Assembly: GCF_021869535.1 (NCBI RefSeq)
Contig: NW_026262690.1
Span: 117,738,001-117,802,000 of the forward strand
Source of the DNA: Mytilus californianus
Lineage: Eukaryota
Length of the DNA stretch: 64,000 bases
Reading direction: 5' to 3'
Position 1 is the first letter of the stretch. Each line of letters begins with the position of its first letter. Shown one piece after another: positions 52,947-64,000 of the stretch. The notes beneath the pieces are model-generated. The model did no database searches and was not told the origin of the DNA. It saw only the letters and a program-made list of their open reading frames with translations. The position numbers and the translations under genes were made by a program.

Positions 52947-53301
52947 CTGAAAAGAAAACAGAAAAATGTAAACCTTCTCATATTTGACATCCGGGTAATT
53001 TTGATACAAAAGTTCAAATGTTTTAATTTCTAATGCCAATTTTCTGTTGCAATTCTGATACAAATATTTATGTGTACAATTTCTGTGCAGATATTCCTGG
53101 GAGATTACATTTGGAACAAACATTGTACCAAATAAAAGACTATGATGACAACACATTGCTATGTGACTGTTTTCCCCCAATTGTATGACACTTCTTTTGC
53201 TTTGTAAACAAAGCAATGTTATAATTTCTATAGAACATATAAACTGCAACGGCAGTTGAATTTTGATCAATGCCTGATCTGTTGGTGTTGCTTGGTTGGA
53301 A

Positions 53302-56300
53302 AGTGTAATACCACCATTGTTTTCCCCTATTAGTCTTTGTTAAATTTGCACTTTTCAAAAAATTGTGCAGAATTTATCTTTGTTTCAAATAAAGAAATAC
53401 TTGGCATGAGTAAAGTTTTATCCTGTCCAGTACTATAGACAAAATTTCACATAACATTTCATTGCATATAACAAAATAACCATCACTGGAAGTTAACCAA
53501 TCAAATTTTCACCCCTTTTTTCCTGTGTACAAGCTTTAGTAACCATGTAACCTCAAGTTTCCAAAATATTCTATAGAAACACCAAACAAAAAAAATAATG
53601 GTGCTTTGAAACACCCAAGATATATGTTTATGACTCAGAAATTTTTTACTGCAAGGGAATATTTTTTTTCAACCCTTTTTCGTATGCAACTGGATGTGAC
53701 GTACTATGATTTGGTGGTATTACACCTAAAGAAGACTTTTTTGTTGAATAAACTGAATGTGATTTTTTTTCCTTTGTAAGACTGGTTATTTAAAGCATTA
53801 CAGTCAAGTTTTGTCATAATCAGTTCAATAGTTTGAGAAAAATCTAGTATAATGTAAGACAACATCTACAGCGATTGAGCAAAATTTCTTCGAAAAATAC
53901 AAACCAAGCCACATCATGATAGAATATAGTGTGGACCAATAAATGATCAAATATTTATCTCATCTGCCTACAAACAGTTGAATGTGTTACTAAAGATGAC
54001 TCTAGGATGATAAATACCACTAATGGACCTTTTTGTTTTCATTATAAGGTCCCTTTTGGTCCATTTGTACCTCTCATTTCCTCAAAATTTCAACTTTTTA
54101 GGCCAATAAATCAAAATTTTGGGGTAACTTCCATTCATTTATGAAAGAAATGTAATAATAAATGAGTAATTGAAGTATTCAAGCTGAATGAACTATCCAT
54201 ATAAAAGTTTACGGACTCCATGGAGGTTTCAATAAGTCCATACGTAAAACTTAAATTTACGCCACGTGCCAGAGAGGGACATAAAAAGCTTCCCTTTTAG
54301 TGAATAATTTTTTGCTTTTGCTTCAAAAATAATTTCATTTACTTATAACTGTATATTTAATAAAGTATTACTTAGGAAAAAGTTTTCTATTATAACTAAA
54401 TATAAGAAATAAGGAGAAATAGTCAGAAAAAGCTCCCCAAAACACTGAGTATGGTTTGCTCTGTCTACTAATATTCATGGTAGAGTCCTATTTCCAGGCA
54501 ATTTTTCTCATAAAATGTGTTTTTGAGACTCAATCCACTCAGAATATTTCATTTTTGTAATATTTCACTTAAATAGTATGAAATTTTAACAAATGAGAGT
54601 ACACACAAGGTCAAAGGTGCACGTGCAGCTTCCCATAATAAGTGTAATACCACCATTGTTTTTCCCCTATTAGTCTGTGTTAAATTTGCACTTTTCAAAA
54701 AATTGTGCAGAATTTATCTTTGTTTCAAATAGAGAAATGCTTGGCATGAGTAAAGTATTATCCTATCCAGTACTATAGACAAAATTTCACTTAACATTTC
54801 ATTGCATATAACAAAATAACCATCACTGGAAGTTAACCAATCAAATTTTCACCCCTTTTTTCCTGTGTACAAGCTTTAGTAACCATATGTAACCTCAAGT
54901 TTCCAAAATATTCTATAGAAACATCAAACAAAAAAATAATGGTGCTTTGAAACACCCAAGATATATGTTTATGACTCAGAAATTTTTTACTGCAATGAAA
55001 TGAAGGATTAATTTCCTACTACTGTTAAATTCAAGGGAATATTTTTTTTCGACTCTTTTTCCGTATGCAACCAGATGTGACGTACAATGATTTGGTGGTA
55101 TTACACCTAAAGAAGACTTTTTTGTTGAATAAACTGAATGTGATTTTTTTTCCTTTGTAAGACTGGTTATTTAAAGCATTACAGTCAAGTTTTGTCATAA
55201 TCAGTTCAATAGTTTGAGAAAAATCTAGTATAATGTAAGACAACATCTACAGCGATTGAGCAAAATTTCTTCGAAAAATACAAACCAAGCCACATCATGA
55301 TAGAATATAGTGTGGACCAATAAATGATCAAATATTTATCTCATCTGCCTACAAACAGTTGAATGTGTTACTAAAGATGACTCTAGGATGATAAATACCA
55401 CTAATGGACCTCTTTGTTTTCATTATAAGGTCCCTTTTGGTCCATTTGTACCTCTCATTTCCTCAAAATTTCAACTTTTTAGGCCAATAAATCAAATTTT
55501 GGGGTAACTTCCATTCATTTATGAAAGAAATGTAATAATAAATGAGTAATTAAAGTATTCAAGCTGAATGAACTATCCATATAAAAGTTTACGGACTCCA
55601 TGGAGGTTTCAATAAGTCCATATGTAAAACTTAAATTTACGCCACGTTCCAGAGAGGGACATAAAAAGCTTCCCTTTTAGTGAATAATTTTTTGCTTTTG
55701 CTTCAAAAATAATTTCATTTACTTATAACTGTATATTTAATAAAGTATTACTTAGGAAAAAGTTTTCTATTATAACAAAATATAAGAAATAAGGAGAAAT
55801 AGTCAGAAAAAGCTCCCCAAAACACTGAGTATGGTTTGCTCTGTCTACTAATATTCATGGTAGAGTCCTATTTCCAGGCAATTTTTCTCATAAAATGTGT
55901 TTTTGAGACTCAATCCACTCAGAATATTTCATTTTTGTAATATTTCACTTAAATAGTATGAAATTTTAACAAATGAGAGTACACACAAGGTCAAAGGTGC
56001 ACGTGCAGCTTCCCATAATGAGTGTAATACCACCATTGTTTTTCCCCTATTAGTCTGTGTTAAATTTGCACTTTTCAAAAAATTGTGCAGAATTTATCTT
56101 TGTTTCAAATAGAGAAATGCTTGGCATGAGTAAAGTTTTATCCTATCCAGTACTATAGACAAAATTTCACTTAACATTTCATTGCATATAACAAAATAAC
56201 CATCACTGGAAGTTAACCAATCAAATTTTCACCCCTTTTTTCCTGTGTACAAGCTTTAGTAACCATGTAACCTCAAGTTTCCAAAATATTCTATAGAAAC

Positions 56301-56486
56301 ATCAAACAAAAAAAAAATTGGTGCTTTGAAACACCCAAGATATATGTTTATGACTCAGAAATTTTTTACCGCAATGAAATGTAGGATTAATTTCCTACTA
56401 CTGTCAAATTCAAGGGAATATTTTTTTTCGACTCTTTTTCGTATGCAACCAGATGTGATGTACTATGATTTGGTGGTATTACACCT
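53302..56486. mobile_element. Composite KolobokP-like non-autonomous element, (LTDR-INT)2-LTDR
   Basis: Direct repeats at 53302-53727 (426 bp), 54641-55108 (468 bp) and 56021-56486 (466 bp), each bounded by AGTGTAATACCACCA...TGGTGGTATTACACCT. They are separated by two near-identical 912-913-bp spacers. The whole unit is flanked by GGAA on both sides. Confidence 0.8.
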
Positions 56487-56581
56487 GGAAAGTTAATAAA
56501 AATTCAAAAAGTTAGTCTATGTACTTGTACACTTTTTTGGCTTCATCAAACAAAATGGTTGCCATTAAAAAGTGTCTCATA

Positions 56582-58625
56582 CACGGCCACCAATCCAACT
56601 AAGTCATACACAAATAATATGAAAACAAGTGCGTTAATCCGACTTCCGAGTATGCAGTAGAAGTAATAAACAATCAAGAATTGCTTTACATTCACAAGGT
56701 AAGTCACCTATTTATGTCATAAGCTTTATATTTTAAAAAAAACCGAGAAAGTCATTCGACCCTTTATTTTGTTTTCCTTCATGTGTTATCACAACTTTGT
56801 TGTACATTGAGTAGTATTTTTACTACAGCTTTTCTCCCGGTGAATAACGATACAATCTGCATGAAATTCTTACCGACATCTTATGTTATTTGTTAATAAG
56901 ACACGTTATGCATGAGTACTGGTACATTTATTGATCGGTGTGATATATAAATTAATTCTAGAAAGCAAAATACTTTATAATTGTACTTATTATCAAATTA
57001 TTGCAAGAAAATTAAGAATGTATGGTTAAGAAGGACCATATATGACTTAAAAGTAACGAGTATGATTAAGTGAGAGATATTTTAGTAACCAACATGATGA
57101 TGTTCTTTTACACAATGTCAATGTTAATTATGAATAAATTCATCTTTAGGTACCGTCCTTCCTTTAGGGGATATATATGTAACAGTAATAATTAGCCAGT
57201 AAGCATGAAGGTTTAAATTCAACCCTTTTAAGGCGGATGCGCTCGACTCCTATCTTAGTTGACTGGGATTGCCAGTTTTATTAACCGAAGACCGGAGTGT
57301 CTACTGGAAGCCTTCAACAATAAAAGAAAACTAATAGTCGAAAACTGAGCTAGCAAAACAATCCATTTAATGAAACACGCAGATCAAAACTATTTGCCTG
57401 AAAATGCAAATAATTATTGTACACATCTATTTGCTATTTATTGTTATAAACAAGTTAGCAACCTGCATATCATATATAAATATTCTCGTCCTAAATTCAT
57501 TAAATGAAGTAATCTAAGTTTAACAGCTTCTTACAATCTAACAATGTTTATAAAAATAAGAATACTCGCTCGGAATAGTAAATAACCTCTCAACCAGAAC
57601 CTTATATAAAGAAATGGATGTCTTTGATGAAACGTTAACAAAATGAGACAGCAAACAAACGATAAAAATAATCAAATAACCAACATTGGAAACAAACACA
57701 CAGTTTCAGCTCTCTATAATTATGAAAGAAGGTTGAATACGAATGTATTAAAATAGAATTCTAGATTAAAACGGAATGAGGCAAAATGCAAAGCGAAAAC
57801 TAGTGACGGATCTAAAAAAAAAGGTGGGGGGAGGGGGGGCGATGATTGAAATCGCCTTTTTCTTTGACGACCAATTCATCAATATTGTATCTGTAATAGT
57901 GCGAAAAGAAAATCAATCTGTATTTTTTGCAAAAACGTCAAATTAATCCCTTTAACTTTTCCCATTTGGAACCTGCAAAGACAAGCAAATAAATTTAGAG
58001 GAGAGCTTTTTCAGCAAGCATTACACATATAAAGATGTTTTTTTTATTAGAAAGCTGGATTATTGAGATGTGTAACTACATTATACTAAGAGCAATTTTA
58101 TGATCTAAATTTTTCGTAGTGTGTTCTTACGTTACCACCAATTCATACTTGGTACGTTTTAATCATATATGATACCTTCAAACCATATCCTCCTAGGTTT
58201 AAATCGTTAAAATGATAATAAAGACATATATACACATCTCGCAATGTATAATTGATTTATATATCACACCGATCAATAAATGTACCAGTACTCATGCATA
58301 ACGTGTCTTATTAACAAATAACATAAGATGTCGGTAAGAATTTCGTGCAGATTGTATCGTTATTCACCGGTAGAAAAGCTGTAGTAAAAATACTACTCAA
58401 TGTACAACAAAGTTGTGATAACACATGAAGGAAAACAAAATAAAGGGTCGAATGACTTTCTCGGTTTGTTTAAAAATATAAAGCTTATGACATAAATAGG
58501 TGACTTACCTTGTGAATGTATAGCAATTCTTGATTGTTTATTACTTCTACTGCATACTCGGAAGTCGGATTAACGCACTTGTTTTCATATTATTTGTGTA
58601 TGACTTAGTTGGATTGGTGGCCGTG
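56582..58625. mobile_element. Non-autonomous DNA transposon with about 375-bp TIRs, CAC...GTG ends and 5-bp TSD (Transib/Chapaev/RAG-like group)
   Basis: TCATA|CACGGCCACCAATCC ... GGATTGGTGGCCGTG|TCATA. TIRs at 56582-56957 and 58250-58625 differ at only a handful of positions. No long ORF. Confidence 0.85.
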
Positions 58626-59197
58626 TCATAGGTCTGCTCCCAAGTACAAAAGTTCTGAATTTTCCTATGATAGCATTGAAATAATTTTTTCACATCATTC
58701 ATGCTATATGCTCATTTTAACATGGACAGGCATTACAGGTATATTTGTCAACAATCTACACCTTGATATGCTAGGTTAAAGATATTGAATATAACTTAGT
58801 AAAGAGATAGCCAAGCAAATAAGGACACGGAAGACTTTTTGCAAAAAGAAAAAAATCATGTAAAATTAGATATACATCATGTACAGGTATAAAAATATGT
58901 CAAATAAATTTATGTCATACTTAAAATGAATAAAGTAAAAGTTTGATACAAATTAACTAATGTGTATACCTTAATATTGCTTTCCATTAACTTTAATTTG
59001 CTCACATCATTACCATTGCTTTCATTAGAATATTTCCTTTTCTGAAAAAGAACAAGCAAAGTTGAAACAAAAGTTGAGGTTTTCAAATGATCAATAGAGT
59101 ATAGAATTTCTATTTTTCATGAAACTTTTATACAATGACATAGACTGCAAAATAGAAATGGAGTAAAATTTGATAAATGAGACATTTACTGTTATGC

Positions 59198-59322
59198 AGC
59201 CGGTTGTATGAACGTTTCATTAGTCTAATGAGTCATTAAGTCTTCATTAGCCTAATGCATCATGAAGGCTTAATGAAGACTTGATGACCCATTTGGCTAA
59301 TGCCACGTTCATACAACCAGCT
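59198..59322. repeat. Fold-back / palindromic MITE (about 55-bp arms, 14-nt loop)
   Basis: agccggttgtatgaacgt...aagtcttcattagcc / ggcttaatgaagactt...acgttcatacaaccagct. Confidence 0.75.
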
Positions 59323-59339
59323 AATGGTGTTTAAACTTG

Positions 59340-60341
59340 CTATTTCTGAAAAGGGTGACTATTGTTATGATTTTCAGATCACAAATATCATTGGGGTATC
59401 TAGTTTAAAAAATGTGTCTGATGGCCTCGCCTGCTGACCAAGATGGTTGACATGGCTAAAAATAGAACATAGGGGTAAAATGCAAGTTTTGTCTAAATAA
59501 TTTGAAAACCATCATAAATAGAGAAAATCTGACGAGGCAAAAATGTTCAGAATGTTGGTCTCTACCAACTGTCCATATAAGTCAAAACTGTCAGACGACT
59601 TCTTATAGGAAATTATTGCCCTTAAATGACAAATTTTAGCTTTTTATTTCATTTTTGCCTATTATCTTGAAAACTATAATAGATAGAGAGAAACATTAAA
59701 CTGCAAAAATGATCAGCAAGACAAGTGCTACAAATCAGTTAACATGGTCGAAATCATCAGTCGCCTCCTTATTACAGTTATTGCCCTTTGATGACGAATT
59801 TTACCAATTATTTGTGTTTTTGCCTTATATCTTAAAAATTATAATAGATAAAAAGACACTTAAATAAGCAAAAATGATCATCAAGACAAGATCTACAATT
59901 AAGACTATGGAAGAAATCGTTGACGACTCCTTATTGGAGTTATTGCTGTTTAATGACGATTTTCACCAATTTCGTTTGCATTTTGCCTTATAATTATATG
60001 ATAAAAATTATAATAGATAAATAGAAACTTTAAATCACAAAAATGATCAGCAAGTCAAGATCTACTAACAAGTCAAATTTTGCCGATATAGTTAGTAGAC
60101 TGTTACTCTTTATAGGAGTGATTGCCCTAAAATGAGGATTTTTTTTTACCCTCTTTTGTGTTTTGAGCAAAAACTAAAGAAGATAGAGAGAAACTAAACA
60201 GAATTAATGATCAGCAATACAAGATCAACAAAACAGATTTTTGTCATGAATTCTATTCTCATCTACAATGTTGGAGAATTTCTTTTGTTGAATATGCTCA
60301 TAGACCAAGGTGAGCGACACAGGCTCTTTAGAGCCTCTAGT
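59340..60341 (+). mobile_element. Non-autonomous Helitron/Helentron-type element with 4 x about 166-bp tandem array
   Basis: 3' hairpin GGCTCT-tt-AGAGCC followed by tCTAGT. Monomers marked by atgatca.caa at 59709, 59874, 60043 and 60207. Confidence 0.7.
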
Positions 60342-60633
60342 TATTAAATAGCAAGGGCCTTAACTTTAAGTGACAGAGTGAAGGAATATACCTGAAGATC
60401 ACTGTATGCTTCTAACCAATTTGGCAAATATCCTGTCACCAAAAAGGGGGCTTTGATCTGGTGGATTCAACATTTTAAAGTTATCAAACAGTCAGTTTGG
60501 AACATTGTGAACATTATTTAAATGGAGTCATTGTAAAATAAAAAATCTAATAAATTCAGTCTATTTTTGTTTTTTTTCTTATAACATCTTATTTCTATGA
60601 ATATTTTATCCTTAACAAAGTTAGTGTACTTAC

Positions 60634-63600
60634 TTGTCCTCTTGTCTGTTTTGTAGTTAATTCATATGATTTATTTGTCTCTGGAACAATGACCCTCTGA
60701 TTATTATCAGACTGACCAGTCTGATGAAGATTTATCCATGTTGTTGAAGTTGGATTATTTGACCCATTAGAATCTTTAGCTAATGTTTCCTCTCTGTTTG
60801 ATATGCTCCTTACTTTAGGGGATGTTGTATTTTCTTTGCTTTTTTTTAATTCACTGAGTGACAAAGTATTACTTTCTGCTGGCAATAGTTTATGTCTGGT
60901 AAATAAAGATTCAGTCAGTGTTGAAAAGTCAGTTTTATTGTCAATGTTTGAGGATGAATATTGTGTTGTATCTGTTCCATGATTGGAGCCACTCAATAAA
61001 ATCACTCCTGAACTTGATTTTTGTTGAATTTGTGAAGTCTTATTGACAGAGGTTCCTTGCGAGTTGTCACCATTGCGTAGTTGGTCAATATCTGAGCAAT
61101 ATGGATTGTTGGAATCAAGCATTGTAGGAAGACTGTCATCAAAAGAGATGCTATAACACACTTGTGACTTAGTTGGATAGTCCATGTTGACAGACAGTGT
61201 CATATATTTCCTTGTGACTTCTAAACTGATTTTGGGCCTCTCTTCAGAAATTCTATGCAGATTTGCAAATTTGATTTCAGTTTGGTTTTCAACATTTTGA
61301 CTTGACCACCATTGATGTAATGGGTGATAGACTTCTGTTGTGAAAAATCCTTCAGAGTGCAAGTATGTCAGAGCATAATCTAGTACTGATATGTCTGTCT
61401 GGATTGTTTTTACTCTACATAGAACTTCCTTATGTTTTTTGGATTCCTTTTTGTCAGTTGCATTGACAACATTTTCATAAGTTTCCACTAAAGATTTATA
61501 TTTTGGAGGAATAACTGCTTTTGGATGTTGCAACAAAGTTGAAACAAGTAAACGGTCGGAACAGGTATGTTTGCACTTTCCCCTGTTGAACGGACTGAAA
61601 AAAGGAACATTTGGGGGCCATTGTTTTGGGGGAGTCTTCCAAATTCCATCACATTTTGATTCTGGATCTTTTCCCTGTATAATTTTGCACACAACTGCAG
61701 CAAGGTAGCGTGTTATATCTGCAAATATTTCAGTTTGATTTTTTAACCTTTTACATGGAACATTTCTTATGTTGATTTCTTCAACTTTAAGGCTAAGCTT
61801 TACATGTATATTGTCCAGAGCTTGGTGTAGTTCATCAGTATCTCTGTAAATGATGAAATTCTGTAGAATCGTTTTTATTTTTTCAGTTTCAGTACGGAAT
61901 GTATGCAGCTTATGGAGCAATTGAATTTTATTTTCTGTCCAAGCAGCGATTTCTTTTTTATACATGTTGTGGATATGCACATTTCTATGGTCACAGCATT
62001 GTATCAGGCATTTTAAAAGATCAATATCTGAAATGAAACACCCATATTCATCATGTGGATGATTTTTAGTGTCATAGAATGGTTTATTTGATGGCCAATG
62101 CTCTGGTTTTTCTCTCCACAAGTTTTTTGGTTTGGAATGTGGTGGTTCTCCTTTATACAGTTTAAGAAGAATTGATGACATATCCTGGGTCCAAGCTCTT
62201 TCCCTCTGAGAATCATGTAGCAACTGACTCTTCTTCAATGGGGGTCCTGGATTGATATGTATGTCACCTGAACACCACAATTTATATAGTATAGCTTCTT
62301 TGTACTCGTACTTCTGTGATAGATACTTCTTCAGTTTAGCAGATTTGTGGTGTCTTGTTGATGCAATTAATATAAGAAGCATGATTATCAACATAATTTC
62401 TGTATCTGATTTCTTTCCGACCTGGTCTTCATTTTCTAAAGATTGTTCATCAAAATTAAAGGCATTTAAATAATTTGAAATGTCGACATCACTTAGCTGT
62501 CCTGTTTTCTTAGCATGTCTCAAAATACAAAGGCAGCGATACAAAATTGTTTTTCTCTCTCTCACACTTTCGTCATTAGTGTTGTCTGTTTGGTAGGCAG
62601 GGAAGTTTGAAACAGCAAAAATTTGCTGTAGTTTAGTTCTCATAGTGTTCTTATGAGTTTTAATATTATTTAGCTGTTTCTTTCCTTCTCTGATTTTTAA
62701 CAGATTCCATAGTGTGTGTGTTATTTTAATTAAGAGGTCCCCATTTGCTTGAGTCAAGTTTATGTCAAGAATAATTTTTGCAAGATCACTTCTTTGCTTG
62801 TGATATCTAATAGAGGCAATGTCACGGATAGCCTTTAAGATAATTTCTTCATTTTCCCAAGTCATTTCTTCCACATCACTGAATTCTTTGATTATGTTTA
62901 CAATTCCTTTATCTGCACTGTAGTCTACAAATGTATCAATGTAAATAGAAAGGATTGTTTCTTTTTCTTCATCTAGATGAACAATGAGATCTTCTTCTGC
63001 TAATGATAATTCATATTCTCTTTCTTCATCTATCTCTAGATCTACTTCTGTTAATATGTAGCTTAATATTTTTATCAGACTTCTATACATGCATTTATTT
63101 TCCTCAAATATTGTATCAACTTGAATGGTAGTATAAAGGGTTTCTCCAATTAATTTAAGATGTTGCAGAAATTCAATGACAAAGCCACAGACTGATCTTA
63201 GTAAATCTTCTTTTTGTGGTATAGAACATAACCACATTTCCTGTTTTTGTTGTTTGGTTCGTAGAGAACACCTGTCTCTTAACATATATTTTATGAAAAT
63301 TGTATAGCAATCAACAACAACAAAATTTCTGATGATCTTTTGCAATACTTCTAAAGTTAGTTTAATATTTGTAGTATCTTTTTTAACAATAAATTTATCT
63401 AGAATATGTATTAAAGAATTAAATATGTTCTGTTTTGTTTCAAATTGATCTTCCCTACTTTGAGTCACTTCATCAAAAGTTGATATGAAATACTTAAGAT
63501 TTTCTTCTGTTGATTGGTCAATCGCATTGCTGTGAGTTTTACAAATCATTCTTTTACTGTAACATAATTTAAGTTGATGTTCAAATTGTGAATCAGATAT

Positions 63601-64000
63601 GCCAGTTTGTAAGTCTTCAAAAGTGAACAAAGGATTTTTTAAAAGTTGTATGTCTAAGTAACGTTTAATATTAATGTGTAACATTTCTTTAGACTGAAAC
63701 TTGAGTACATCTTCCGCTAAACTGCAAAGAAACCTAAAATGGTTGTCTCTATCTTGTTTTAAAAAGATACGACTGATACAAAGAAGATGAAGAAGTCTGT
63801 CTAAACCATGATGCATACGAATATTAACAACTTCTTTCAAGAATGGACGCATATATTTATCAAAACAAGCTTGTAAATGTTCAATTTTAATGTTGAGAAA
63901 CTCCTGTGCATTGATTTCAAATTCTTCCTTTACTGTGGCATATCTATAACATTGCAATAATTTATTTATAGCAACTTCATGATGGTACAGAATGGATTTT
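60634..64000 (-). CDS. Large exon (>1120 aa, open beyond the window edge) of an uncharacterized protein: helical region, 2A-like motif, tandem NRF1/Ewg-like domains, Ser/Thr-rich tail
   Basis: Uninterrupted frame from the window end to a perfect donor CAA|GTAAGT at 60634/60633 (phase 0). It contains LWCSGDIHINPGP (motif at 62265-62242) and two KPxxWPxxxPF-type repeats. Confidence 0.85.

Noticed and set aside
55031-55246. 71-aa ORF across an LTDR-INT junction (candidate His-Me nuclease remnant)
   Set aside because: No His/Cys nuclease motif, and it is not preserved as an ORF in the other repeat unit in the track.
53302-56486. Interpretation as a CRISPR-like array, LTR retrotransposon or segmental gene duplication
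   Set aside because: The repeats are 430-470 bp with identical spacers, have AG...CT (not TG...CA) ends, carry their own TIRs and contain no coding sequence.

Overview
AT-rich, intron-rich animal genomic DNA. The repeat families look like those of a bivalve mollusc, most likely a Mytilus mussel (inferred from repeat content). The window holds two long spliced genes arranged head to head. The first is a complete Expanded/FRMD6-like FERM gene on the minus strand (12 coding exons, 13206 to 2512, about 980 aa). The second is THADA/TRM732 on the plus strand (27 coding exons traced, 19531 to 51289, about 1575 aa, 3' end probably not reached). A third gene enters from the right edge on the minus strand (exon >64000-60634, probable terminal exon 52946-52650). 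It encodes a long helical region, then an internal 2A/StopGo-like motif (SGDIHINPG|P), two tandem NRF1/Ewg-like domains and an acidic tail; this is the most unusual element here. A small antisense ORF resembling the P2X7 ballast/KolX fold lies in a THADA intron. The introns are packed with mobile DNA: a KolobokP-like composite (LTDR-INT)2-LTDR element, two solo-LTDR-like Kolobok copies, a 4.15-kb Kolobok-like element, a 2.0-kb CACGG...CCGTG element with about 375-bp TIRs and a 5-bp TSD, a broken hAT inserted in a SINE, tRNA-derived SINEs, Helentron-type (HINE/MgE-like) elements with satellite-like arrays, and TA-MITEs. Two THADA splice junctions have been tandemly duplicated. All exon models were read by hand from GT-AG sites, reading frame and remembered protein similarity; no searches were run.
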